A stretch of 64,000 nt of DNA, taken from assembly GCA_051294375.1 (NCBI GenBank), contig CM119270.1, positions 7,451,143 through 7,515,142 of the forward strand. Reading direction: 5' to 3'. The number at the start of each line of letters is the position of its first letter. Position 1 is the first letter of the stretch. The notes below the pieces were generated by a model. The model was not told where the DNA came from. It did no database searches and saw only the letters and a list, made by a program, of their open reading frames with translations. Shown here in pieces: positions 11,558-24,643 of this stretch. Both the position numbers and the translations under genes were made by a program. Source of the DNA: Paraspadella gotoi. Lineage: Eukaryota; Animalia; Chaetognatha.

Positions 11558-12042
11558 AAAAAAAATCTAATTATTCGAGATGCCGATATTTCAACATCGC
11601 ATGAATTTTGACGATATCGAATTGAATTTTATCAATAATTTAATATTTTCAATTCTTTTAAGTTTTAACACTGCAACATTTTCAAATTTTTCTAAACAAC
11701 GCAATCTTTTATGATATATTTTGATTATTTTAAGATACGTATTTCTTATCATATTTTTACAGGGTGTTTATCTTCATTTGTTCATCTATCTTTTATTGCA
11801 TTCCATCCCATTTTTTGTATTCGATACATAGTCGATATATATTTACTGTAGACTGTAGTATTTTATACTTCACTCCTACCTTCACTCGCATTTTCTTTAC
11901 TTTTCATTTATTCTCGCTTTCATCTTTCCTTTCTCTTTCCCTCTTCTCTCTTTTCCTCTTCCTCCACTCGCTGTTTCCCATTTCCTTTCCTCTATTGATC
12001 CAGCCCTGGGGAGGAGATAACTCGAGAACTAAGCCCGGAGGA

Positions 12043-12078
<36 letters not shown>

Positions 12079-13036
12079 NNNNNNNNNNNNNNNNNNNNNN
12101 NNNNNNNNNNNNNNNNNNNNNNNNNNNNNNNNNNNNNNNNNNNNNNNNNNNNNNNNNNNNNNNNNNNNNNNNNNNNNNNNNNNNNNNNNNNNNNNNNNNN
12201 NNNNNNNNNNNNNNNNNNNNNNNNNNNNNNNNNNNNNNNNNNNNNNNNNNNNNNNNNNNNNNNNNNNNNNNNNNNNNNNNNNNNNNNNNNNNNNNNNNNN
12301 NNNNNNNNNNNNNNNNNNNNNNNNNNNNNNNNNNCGCCTCGCCGACAACGTAATATTGAGTTTATCATAGTCAACGATTGAAAAAATATAGTAATGAAAT
12401 GAAGTAATATAAACTCAACTTATCTTCACACTTAAGTTTTGTTCTTTTTTTTTGTTGTTCATGGATAGATTTTGGAAGAAAAGTAGTGAAACTTCTAATT
12501 TCTTTCTCTGTCTCGCTTTCTCTCTCCCTTCTCTCCCTTTTCTCCCTTCTCTCCCTCTCTCCCTTTTCTCCCTTCTCTCCCTTCTTTCCCTCTCTGCCTT
12601 TTCTCCCACTCTGCCTTCTCTCCCTCTTTCCCTCTCTCTCTGATACATAAGCACACAAACTCACACAAACGCCCCACACATATTCGCCCCCGAAGATTTT
12701 ACCTTTTGTTTCTCGATTAAATTCAACAAATTGAATTTTCTTCCAATTCCCCGACCTTTCTCCTTCCACATCCCCGTCGACCGCCTCCCCCTTCCATAGC
12801 CTTTTTTGTCTTCTCCCCTCTTTCTGTTCCTCTCTTTTCTCCTCCACTATTTTCTTTTCTCNNNNNNNNNNNNNNNNNNNNNNNNNNNNNNNNNNNNNNN
12901 NNNNNNNNNNNNNNNNNNNNNNNNNNNNNNNNNNNNNNNNNNNNNNNNNNNNNNNNNNNNNNNNNNNNNNNNNNNNNNNNNNNNNNNNNNNNNNNNNNNN
13001 NNNNNNNNNNNNNNNNNNNNNNNNNNNNNNNNNNNN

Positions 13037-13165
13037 CGGGAAATGGGAATCCCGGGGGCGAGTTGCCGGGAAACGGCCAGAGAAAAGTCGCCGGGAAATG
13101 GGAATCCCGGGGGCGAGTTGCCGGGAAACGGGAAAAGGCCAGAGAAAAGCCCCCGGGAAATGGGT
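13037..13165. repeat. GC-rich ~55-bp minisatellite abutting a gap
   Basis: CGGGAAATGGGAATCCCGGGGGCGAGTTGCCGGGAAACGG at 13037 and 13092, partial third copy at ~13154. Confidence 0.85.
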
Positions 13166-13752
13166 AAAAGTTAGAAAATCTTCTGAGAAACCGGGAACCA
13201 CGGGATCTCTAGGATAAAGATGAATTCTCGGGAAATCGCGGAAAAAAAGTTAACGGAAAGGAAAGTTTGAGATTTTCGGACTTTTTCTCACGCTAGGGCG
13301 GATGAACGTCTTGAATTTCACCCGTATCGAACTGTCTAACATGAGTGGCCAAGGAAAACTTTATTTGTAGAATGTATAGTATTTATTAGTTGAATATCCC
13401 TCGGAAACTCGTAAAAACGAGGTTTCTCCGGGTGAAACACATTTGTGACTTTACAATTTTAAATCCATTTCTCTCGTTAACCTCACTCGGATATCGAGGT
13501 TAAAAGCAAAGTTAAAATAACGGCCAAAAAATGGACCGGTCGAAAATTGACTGGGAATGAGAGAAACGAGGCAAGATAGCTTTCACAGAAAGCGTCGATT
13601 TAGAAAGTAAAATCATTTCTCAATTTAAAAACAAACTTTACATTTATTTATTTTCCTGTTTTCATTGTTGTTCGATAGTCGACTTGATGACAGCCCCAGT
13701 TTGAAACTTTCATCGCCAAGTCCAAATTCATTCTGGATTAACTTTTTCCTTA

Positions 13753-13843
<91 letters not shown>

Positions 13844-16319
13844 TTTTCCTATTTTTTCAGCGTTACTTATATCTCCTTCACTTTTCATCATTATGTTTCA
13901 TCTTCTCACATCCTTCTCCTTTAATTCTCCCTCTCTCTTTTTCCACTCTTTTTCTTTCTTTTCTTTTTTCTGTCTCTTCTCCTATTTTTATTCTATTCTN
14001 NNNNNNNNNNNNNNNNNNNNNNNNNNNNNNNNNNNNNNNNNNNNNNNNNNNNNNNNNNNNNNNNNNNNNNNNNNNNNNNNNNNNNNNNNNNNNNNNNNNN
14101 NNNNNNNNNNNNNNNNNNNNNNNNNNNNNNNCCAGAATCTCCCCTTCCTCCCCATTTCCTTCTGTTTACGACTGACATCAACGAGGCTTAGCAAAGAATC
14201 AGTTTGGTTCGAACGGACGGACGAATGGACGGACAAACGAAGGGACGGACGGACGAACGGAAGGACGGGCGCCGCATTTCGATCTGGGTTCCGTCGAGCG
14301 AACCCGGCTGTAACTGGTGCTCCAATCCCAGGACTAGTTGCTCTTTTCTCCCCTCTACCTCTCCCTNNNNNNNNNNNNNNNNNNNNNNNNNNNNNNNNNN
14401 NNNNNNNNNNNNNNNNNNNNNNNNNNNNNNNNNNNNNNNNNNNNNNNNNNNNNNNNNNNNNNNNNNNNNNNNNNNNNNNNNNNNNNNNNNNNNNNNNNNN
14501 NNNNNNNNNNNNNNNNNNNNNNNNNNNNNNNNNNNNNNNNNNNNNNNNNNNNNNNNNNNNNNNNNNNNNNNNNNNNNNNNNNNNNNNNNNNNNNNNNNNN
14601 NNNNNNNNNNNNNNNNNNNNNNNNNNNNNNNNNNNNNNNNNNNNNNNNNNNNNNNNNNNNNNNNNNNNNNNNNNNNNNNNNNNNNNNNNNNNNNNNNNNN
14701 NNNNNNNNNNNNNNNNNNNNNNNNNNNNNNNNNNNNNNNNNNNNNNNNNNNNNNNNNNNNNNNNNNNNNNNNNNNNNNNNNNNNNNNNNNNNNNNNNNNN
14801 NNNNNNNNNNNNNNNNNNNNNNNNNNNNNNNNNNNNNNNNNNNNNNNNNNNNNNNNNNNNNNNNNNNNNNNNNNNNNNNNNNNNNNNNNNNNNNNNNNNN
14901 NNNNNNNNNNNNNNNNNNNNNNNNNNNNNNNNNNNNNNNNNNNNNNNNNNAACAAAGCCTAACTGAATAACAATAAATAACGCGCAAGACCGCGAGGAGA
15001 GTAAAGGAATGGGAGGGATACATTAACAACAAACAACTGTCTCGAGGAGACCCGTCGACCTGCGCGCGGGTATTGCAGAATAACCTGTCCAATTATAAAT
15101 AAGACTGCTAGATGACACATTACGTCTGTACTCTTACTGACATACACCTAATATGACGGACTCACATTTCAATCAGAAAATGGAAGAGAAACGACGACGT
15201 ACGACGACGACGCACGAAGACTAATATATTTAAGACTAAGTATGAATCTCTTCTCACTACATTTATGGCCAACTGACAAAGATGATGGACCATTGATGAG
15301 ACAAAAGACCCGTAAAACGAAGACAAACGAAGCCGACTGTCAACGATCAGAAGCATAATTCTTCTGTTCAATACCGAATAAAAAGAAGAGCTGAGTTTGA
15401 GGATAAAATATCTTTGGCTACGCCATGACGAAGAGAAAAAAAAGAAAAAAGAAAGAGGAGAAAGGAGAAAAAAAAAAGAAAAAAAAGAATAAGAAAAGTT
15501 AAAATGGCGACTTGAAAGCGAAAAGAGAAGAAAAAGAAAGAAAGAAAAGTTAAAAGGGCGACTTGAAGGCGAAAAGAGAAGAAAAAGAAAGAAAGTTATA
15601 AACGAATCAACTGGAGAATCAGTGGAAGACAGAAAGAAAAGAATGAGAAAACAAGCAAGCAAGCAAGCAAGCAAGCGAAAAATGTAATATCATTTGTCTT
15701 TTAAAACAAACTAGATCAACTTTATTTTTGTCTCGAAAATGACTCGGAAACGAAATATAAAAAGAAAACAAACGAGAAAATTACGGGGTTGGTATTGTCC
15801 AAACAAACAAACAAACAAACCAAAAAAAAGGGAAAGGTTTTATGTAGATAAACGCGATCTCGCTTTGTCCTTTGGGACAAAGAGAAAGCTTTCGCCCGCC
15901 GCGGTGACGCACGGGTCCCTTTCGTCTCATCCCGACGCATTTCTCGAAGAGACGCGACTAAAGTCTTGAAAAATCATCATGACTTGCCTTAACTTAACTT
16001 ACGCCACTTAAACTGACCAATACAACTTTTCACCCTTGGCCTCATTCGCTCAAACTTAGCCATATTTTGGCCCAATCAGCCCCAACCCTTGGCTCTCCAA
16101 CTCACCCCTTACCATTATGCCCATCATTCTCTTCCCCGCGTGCCTTACCCTCCGCGCTTTGCAAGTACTTCCCAATGACAGCAATTTTTTTTTCTCACGA
16201 GACGGTCTTTTAGGCTGGGGATTTTTGGAGTGCGAATGTGGTATAATTTCTGGGCCTTATTTTCCAACAACGCCACATTTGAGTTTAAAAATAGAATAAA
16301 GTGTTTTTTAATATAAAAT

Positions 16320-16470
16320 TTAGTTTAGGGGTTGAGGGTTAAGGATTAGATTTAGGTTTAATTGGTTAGGGACTAGCCTTTAGGATTAGCTTTAGGATTA
16401 GCTTTAGGATTAAGGGATAGTCTTATCGATTAGGATTAAGAATTAGGGATTAAGGTTTTCTATTAGGGAA
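16320..16470 (+). repeat. Degenerate telomere-like TTAGG(G/A) repeat
   Basis: TTAGGG/TTAGGA/TTAGC units. A similar opposite-strand CCTAA-rich patch lies at ~620-750 in intron 1. Confidence 0.6.
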
Positions 16471-19251
16471 GAGTCTAGGCAAGAGTGATAGATAAGGGCG
16501 AGGGATATTGTAAAAAAGTATTTTGGTTCAAATTGAGTCACGGGAAAAGGGATAAATAAACAAGGTGCTTTTTTTCAGTGTTAAGTAAAAAATGTAAAAA
16601 TTCAAATAAGACTCCGGGATTGAATTTTGGCGGGAAAAAGGGACGGAAAAGGCGGCGTCGGCGGGAGGCGGGGGTGAGTTGACTGTTAACCTAAGAGCAG
16701 TTGTAGTTTTTTTAAAAAGGGTAAGGTCGAGAGTAAGGTTGTGAAGAGAGAGATAGTAACGGAGGAAGAGTCATCGTGGGCGATAGAAGCCACGAAGGCC
16801 TTTTCCTCTTTCGCCGTCATGAATATTTTAACCATTACCTCTTTTTTCAGAGAGAGGGAGAGNNNNNNNNNNNNNNNNNNNNNNNNNNNNNNNNNNNNNN
16901 NNNNNNNNNNNNNNNNNNNNNNNNNNNNNNNNNNNNNNNNNNNNNNNNNNNNNNNNNNNNNNNNNNNNNNNNNNNNNNNNNNNNNNNNNNNNNNNNNNNN
17001 NNNNNNNNNNNNNNNNNNNNNNNNNNNNNNNNNNNNNNNNNNNNNNNNNNNNNNNNNNNNNNNNNNNNNNNNNNNNNNNNNNNNNNNNNNNNNNNNNNNN
17101 NNNNNNNNNNCGTTTATTCTAGAAAAAAAAAATGCCAAAAGGAAGTGGATCCACCCAAAGCAAAGGGAGGAGGGAGAAGTCGCCGTCGTCGTCGTCGTTG
17201 TCGTTGTCGTTGTCAAAGTTATTAAATATTCATGCTTTTTAAGAACATTTAATCATCATCTTAAAGTTCATCGATATTTATTTGCTTGAGATTGGAGATT
17301 TTCTTTGTTTGTTGTTGTTTTTGTTTTTAAATCTTCCTTATTTTATAATGTCATTAATGCTATAAGTGACATATGAACATTGTCACGGTTTTAGTCGTCA
17401 TCGTTTCATTTTAGTNNNNNNNNNNNNNNNNNNNNNNNNNNNNNNNNNNNNNNNNNNNNNNNNNNNNNNNNNNNNNNNNNNNNNNNNNNNNNNNNNNNNN
17501 NNNNNNNNNNNNNNNNNNNNNNNNNNNNNNNNNNNNNNNNNNNNNNNNNNNNNNNNNNNNNNNNNNNNNNNNNNNNNNNNNNNNNNNNNNNNNNNNNNNN
17601 NNNNNNNNNNNNNNNNNNNNNNNNNNNNNNGGGGAACGAATTCTCTTGTCGTTTTTAGGCGATGATGCTAATAACTAAGCCATTAGTGCAGACAAATTGC
17701 GTTGTTCAACCACCAAGAGAAGCGCCAAGCTTTTTTCTTTCCGTTTTTAATACGGAAAAGGCTTTCCTTCTCTACCGAACGAAAAAGAAGGGAGAGAGAA
17801 AAAGAGAGAGGGAGAGAAAGGAACAACAAAGGGATTATGATGCTATACTATTTATTAAAAGTTATAAGTTTTAGGCTTCTCTTAGTTTTCTCAAGTTATT
17901 ACGTAGTATTACTTTTTTATTGATTTCTTAAGCATTTCTTGAGCTGGAATTCTCATTAAGGATTAATTTTATCTCTCTCTCTCTCTCTCNNNNNNNNNNN
18001 NNNNNNNNNNNNNNNNNNNNNNNNNNNNNNNNNNNNNNNNNNNNNNNNNNNNNNNNNNNNNNNNNNNNNNNNNNNNNNNNNNNNNNNNNNNNNNNNNNNN
18101 NNNNNNNNNNNNNNNNNNNNNNNNNNNNNNNNNNNNNNNNNNNNNNNNNNNNNNNNNGTTTTACGACGTCAGGCTTTTACTACGGGTTTTTACTACAACT
18201 TTTCGCCGACGTCTTCTCCTCCCTTTGTTCTTTTGTTTTGTTCTCGCGTTTTGTCCTTTTGTTTTGTATATTTTTTTTGTTTTTTGACGTTCGTCTCTTT
18301 AGAGCTTCAAAAAAGGGTTTCTCTCCCACGAGGCAATTTATACGAGGCCTTCGGATAAAAGAAAAATAATTTTAAACCTCATAAAAAATTCTAAATTAAT
18401 TTTCGTCCCGAGTTCTCACGTTTAACCCTCATTATCAAAATGGCGAAGTTAATGTATGGAAGAAACTTTTGAAATTGGATGGCGACGACCAATCAAAACT
18501 CGACTTTTCATTCCATTACCAATGGAATCTCATTTTTTAAAATCTTTTATATAAAAATGTGAAAAGTTTTTTAATGAAAGAACGCCAAACGCCAAACGCT
18601 CGCCAAATGGTTTCACATCCAGAGATCCAAACTTACTCGTTTGAGAAATAAGTAAATAGGAGTTGACGTCATAAATCGCTACGAACGGTTTAATAGATAA
18701 TATTCCTCAGTAAGTTCTAGCATAATGATAATGGTATAGTTTACGACTTCTAGAGACACACACACAAAACCAGCGCTTCGGATTAAGAATCCTTATCAGG
18801 AAACCCATTTATTTTAGACCATATCAGGCCGTTAAAACTGAACCAATCAAATTACTATGTCACGTTATATCTCTTTTCTATATACAGCATTAATATTTCG
18901 TCTCCACAAATTATTTCACGACGACAACAACGACGACGTTAATGGCGACGACGACAACAACGACAACGACAACGACTCCAGAAAAAGTTTTCTTCGCTTC
19001 GACGTTCGAACTCTCAAATTACAACGAGTAGACAAATCATTAAGGCCAAAGAGGTAGCGAGCGAGACGTGAGCGGAATAGAGAGAGNNNNNNNNNNNNNN
19101 NNNNNNNNNNNNNNNNNNNNNNNNNNNNNNNNNNNNNNNNNNNNNNNNNNNNNNNNNNNNNNNNNNNNNNNNNNNNNNNNNNNNNNNNNNNNNNNNNNNN
19201 NNNNNNNNNNNNNNNNNNNNNNNNNNNNNNNNNNNNNNNNNNNNNNNNNNN

Positions 19252-19287
<36 letters not shown>

Positions 19288-20374
19288 CAGGTCGGCATTT
19301 TATCTAGCATATAAGTTTACTCATGAAACTTGTATGCATGCACTTGTAAGCAGCTATTTTCATTATATAGTCGATATGGAGTATTTTTATTTTCATTTTA
19401 ATTTAGATTATTAAAAAAAATAAAATTAAACATTAAATTTTTCTTTTTTTAATTTATATTTATTTATTATTTTCCTTTCTTTTTTTTTTGTTTCTACCTC
19501 CCTTTTCTTCCTTGTTTTTCTCCTTCTCACTCCTTCCGATCTGCCTCTCTTTGTCTCCAGTTTGCTCCGTAAAAAAATCCTAATGAGTTTTAGATGGAAA
19601 AAGATGAAAGGGCAAAACGGATGGAACTCCTTTTCGCCTCAAACCCAATTCATTCTCCTTTTTTTTCCCGGCTTTTTTTCTCTTTCTTTTCCTTTTTTTT
19701 TTCTTTTTTTCTCTCTTTCTTTTTCTTTTGTTTTCTATATTTTTCTCCTTCCCTTTTTTTTAACTTCAATCTGCATTTGTATCCCTACTTTCTTTCTCTC
19801 TTCCTCATTTTTTCTTTTCTCGTTTCCTCCGTTTTTCTTTTCTCGTTTCCTCCGTTTTTGTTCTTTTCCTTTCTTCGAAGATCCTCCCTTTTTCTTTTCC
19901 TCTTTTCTCCATCGCGATTCGTTGCTCTTTTGTTCCACTTTTCCCAGTTTTCGTCTTCGGCCGCTTCTGTCGCTTTCGTCGCTCCCCTTTTTTTCGTCTT
20001 CGTTACGCTTTTCTCGCTTTTGTTCTGCTTTTTTAAGTCCGGAATTGTGTTTGTTTTGGTTTTTTTTTTTGTGTTCAACCAGAATGGAACCGCGGTTCAT
20101 TCACCCGGCTTTTCTCTTCTGAGGAGAACGTGGGTTTCTCATTAGCCTTTCGCGGTTGTTATTGTCTTCTTGTTTTTCCTGCACTCGTCGTCGTTGTCCT
20201 ATTGTTGTTTGTTTTATCGTTATTTCTTTTTTTATGTGAGAAAGNNNNNNNNNNNNNNNNNNNNNNNNNTCTACTCTCTCTCTCTACTCTCTTCTTCTAC
20301 TCTCTCTCTCCTCTCCCTCTCTCTTCTCCTCCCTTCCTTCTCTCTCTCTCTCCTCTTTTCTCTTTCTTTTGTCA

Positions 20375-20405
<31 letters not shown>

Positions 20406-20727
20406 CTTCTCTCTCTCTCTTCTCTCTTCTCTCTCTCTCCTTTCTCTCTCCTCTCTCTCTCTCTCTCTCTTGGTCAAGCCTTCCGCGTTCTTCGTCCAAT
20501 TCTTACCCTAAAATCATCACCATTCTGACCCTCGTGTTGACCTCACAACGATGCACCCAAATATTGCGCGCCAACTATGATTGAATACTAAATGTTATTG
20601 GACCGCAAATACGACGATGAGAAAATATGCGGATTTCTTTTCTCTATATTTTAGCACGTGAAACCCTAAACTCAAGAACAAAACTTTCCATATAAACATA
20701 AACGTTTTTCTTTCTTTTACGGATTGG

Positions 20728-22940
20728 GTGAACGAACTGCCAGAACGATTTAAAAATGATTATCGAGAAATGATGGCCATGGAAATAAGCGCTACCGCTC
20801 GGGAAAAGAGAGAGAGGAAGAGCAGAGAGAGATGGATGAGCAGCGCGACGGGAACGGGGAAGGGGCGAGGAGGGAAAGGAGGGATGAGAGGGAGGAGCGC
20901 GCGGGAGCCGCCGGACGAGAGGAACTGAGACGAAGAGGAACAGAAGGGAGAGGACGGGGGAGGATGAGAGAGAGAGCAAGAACGACGGGGAGCGACCAGG
21001 CGAGAGGAATCCGAGCAGATGATACAGAGAGAGAGAGGATGATCGAGAGAGAGACGATGGCTTGGAGATGAAATTTAAAATTTGGATCACGTTCGCCGGT
21101 CTTTGAACGTAGAACAAGAATGGAAAATCGGCTCAACTTGCAGGCTCCGCTAAAATAAGAGTAAAAGATAATGAAAAGAGAAAATACTAAATTAAGGAAA
21201 GACGAAGTAATATCAAGCATATACATTATTAATCTAAGAGGATAAAGTGTATTGTGATTGGCTTAGAAGAGTTATGCGAGCAACCCCAGATCTTAAGTTA
21301 ACGGTACTTTAGATCACTAAACTCCTTTCTAAACCCTTATTCTCATAAATTATAAATTCTTATTGTTACTCAGAAATAACGGTTGTTTATATTTAAAATT
21401 TAAAAAAAATAACCAATTAAAACCAACAACTGCCCTTTAGACCTCACCTCAGACCGACATGCTAACCATCCTCGACACATTTTTTCGACAGCACAAAGCG
21501 CGCCAAGAAGCAATTTCTGCCGACGGTTTTGCCGACGTTGCCGACGTTGCATGCTCTTTGACGAGGTTTGCCACTCCTCCCGACTGTGCGCCCGTCCCCG
21601 ACCCGCAGCCTTCCGCCTCTAGAGCGAAAACACTTCATTCTGCTCAAAGTAAATTATTAGCAGTTTTTGAAAAATTGGAAACTCGCTTCCATTTTTAAAA
21701 AGAGAAGAAAAATTTTCTTGCCCGAATTCGACGGACACGCCGACACCCAGCGCCACGACTCAAGCCCCGCCCGCGACCCACTCCACGTCCCCGCCGGGGA
21801 CAGGCGCCAACGCCCCGACGAGTCCGGGAGGGGAAATATTTTTTTTTTTTCCCGCCATCCGCCTCCCGCCCCTCTCGCTATTTTTACACTTCCCCGCACC
21901 CCCCCACCCGCCTCCTGCCCCCGCCCTCGATACCTATCGACTTGCCCCCCTCGACCTCTGGACCCGCGCCGCCCCCCATCTCCTCTCCCCCCCCCCCAAA
22001 AGAAAAAACCGAGCCGATATCGCCGCAAAATCCCATTCGTCATCGGATTTTCGGAGGCCGACGCATGAACTGGGGACAACGATGAACTCAATGAATGATG
22101 ACCATTTTTAATGAGAAAATGATGAATGAAATGACTGAATTGAATCCATGTTCGAGAATGATGATACTGGCACTGGTCAGTCAGCTGAACTTGAAGGCCA
22201 AAGTATGATGAGATTCAAATGACGATAACAAAATTAAGATATAACGGAGTAATCTTAAATAATACTACTCTGTGAAGTAATGTAAACAATCAATCTGGAA
22301 AGTGAAGAGTTAGACAACTATTCAATTGTTTTCTGTAATATTTACTTTTTACCTAAAATAAAATGATGTACATCTTCAGCGGGAAAAAAAAAAAAAAAAA
22401 AAGAACAGGAAAAAAAAAAAAAAAAAAGGAAAAATGAAAAAAGAAAAAAACAGAAGGGAAGAAAAAAGAAGAAAAACAAAACAAAAAAAAACAACCCCGG
22501 AACAGAAGGCAGGTAAATTTACTTTTAAGCTTTATCCCGGAAAGTAGCCTCTAAAAAGACCCCGAATAATAAAAAATTGGAGGCTCCTAATAATTTAATT
22601 TCCATCTCACATTTGAAAAAACAGACCCAAACGTCCAAACAGATAATTAAAAAAGGAAAAGGGAAGAGGGAAAACGCTTGTAATTGCCCTTCTTTTCTTT
22701 CCTTTTTCCTTCCTCATCGCCTTTTTCTCCCATCCTCGCGGGGGCGTTTTTTGTTTATCTTCCGTCGCCAGGAGGACGGAAACGAAGAAAGGGTGAGACA
22801 CGGGAGGGCGGGAGCGGAAAAATTCCTTTCCATGGGCCATTTGTTTGAAAAAAGAAAAATTCTTAGCCAGAACTCTCATATCCCCTCACCTCCGGTACCC
22901 TTACCCTTCTCCCCTACCTCTTTTTCTCCCGGGTTTTCTT
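20728..22940 (+). repeat. Insertion-riddled direct duplicate of 27050-28360 (probable assembly artefact)
   Basis: Colinear match, e.g. TTGAAAAATTGGAAACTCGCTTCCATTTTTAAAA in both. Differences are mostly short insertions in this copy. Confidence 0.85.
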
Positions 22941-24603
22941 TTTTTTTTCTTTTTTTTTTTTTTTTTTTGTGGTTTACGGTTATTCTGCGTTTTCCTCCTC
23001 CTCTCCTCTCTCAGGATTACGATCTTGATGACTGTATGAAATCAATCCTTGATCACTCCTCTTTCATCATTTTCTTTCTTAAGCTCTCCTTCTCCTGGTC
23101 CGTCGACTCCGGCCTTCCTGTCTCTCGACAATTTCACATATACATTCTTTCTCAGCTCTCCCCATCTTTTAAAAAAAAGTGCTATAAAGTTAAAAAAAAA
23201 ATTTGAATTTTAAAACAAGTGAGTTGGAAAATGAAACCTCCGATTCTTAAAAGCATTGTTCGTTAGTGGCATATATTAACTGATCAATGTAAAAATTTGA
23301 ACACATAAATAATTTAATATTTCTACTCATACTAATTTTTAAACAATAAAATAAACCACTGGTTTGCAAATGACAGGCGGGTTTTTTACTGGCGCTTTGT
23401 TAAACATTCTGTCACCATTGTAAACACTATTTTCTCCGTTTTTTTGAAGGTTATTTTCCGTAGTATTCTTTAATTACTTCCCAAACGCACGCCAAAATTT
23501 CTGTTTAAAAAGAATTTAATTTTTTCTCGTTAAGCAGTAAAAGAAAATTCCAAACCATTATTACATCCTCCTGCCTTTATTAAGTCAAATTTCTGCCTCT
23601 CTCTCTGCTACGTCCTATCTCATCATCTCATAATTCAACGACAATTACTGCTAATTTCGCTAAAAAAATTTTAAAACGCGCATCGCCTCTTTTCTTCCTC
23701 CTTTCTTTTTCTCTTTCCGTTCTACTTTTTCTCTCATAATCTATATCTCTCATTCTCTCTTATCTCATTTATCATATGACGTTGATCGCTTCTTTTTCTT
23801 CTTATTAAGAGGAGGTGGAAAAGGACAAGAGCTCTAGGCTAAGCTCGTAACATAAAACCAACTCTTCTCAAACTCTTTTTTTTTTATTTGCATCTTAATT
23901 GTTGAGCCAGTACAATGTATCCTTTTTTAATTTAAATATTTTTATAACTTTTATTCGCTACTCCTAACAGTGCCGATTAATTACCCATGAATACCTAATT
24001 TTGCAAAACTGTACGCATAGGCAGGCGTCACATTCACTTAAAAACCTCACTATATGTAAAAGCCGCAGCTAATCAGTAAGGCTGAGGGAGCTTTAATTTA
24101 AGACCACCGCCCAACTTTCTATCCGACCTTTTGGGCCGTTTAAAAAGTTTATTAAATGCAAAAAGAACTATTATTTATTTAGATCCTTCTTTTCATTTGT
24201 TTCTAGTGAGCGAATATCACCTCCTTTGGTAGAACTTAATTTACTTTTTGATTTTTTGAACTATTTTGTCTCTGTTTTAGACATTTTCATTACGGGCTTC
24301 TGGGAGAGATTTGAATTAAGAACCGTTTTTTAAGGCTTGTGATGATCTTTTATCATGGCTTCACTTCTGGTCTTTGGTTTTACAAAATCGGGTGGTTTTC
24401 TTTTTTTTTATTGTTTTTTTTTTGGGAGTCGCCAACGCTTTCGGGTTGACGATTGTCTATAGTCCCTAAAACCCACAATGAGCAATATCTTCATATAGAG
24501 AAAACTTTGATAATCCACTAATATAACATTTGTCTGCGCCAAAAACATGCTCTACATCATCCTCTCTTCATACGAGCCTTAACCTCTCAATCTCTCTCTA
24601 CCT

Positions 24604-24643
<40 letters not shown>

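Noticed and set aside
16320-16470. True telomere or telomere-addition site
   Set aside because: Short, degenerate and interstitial.
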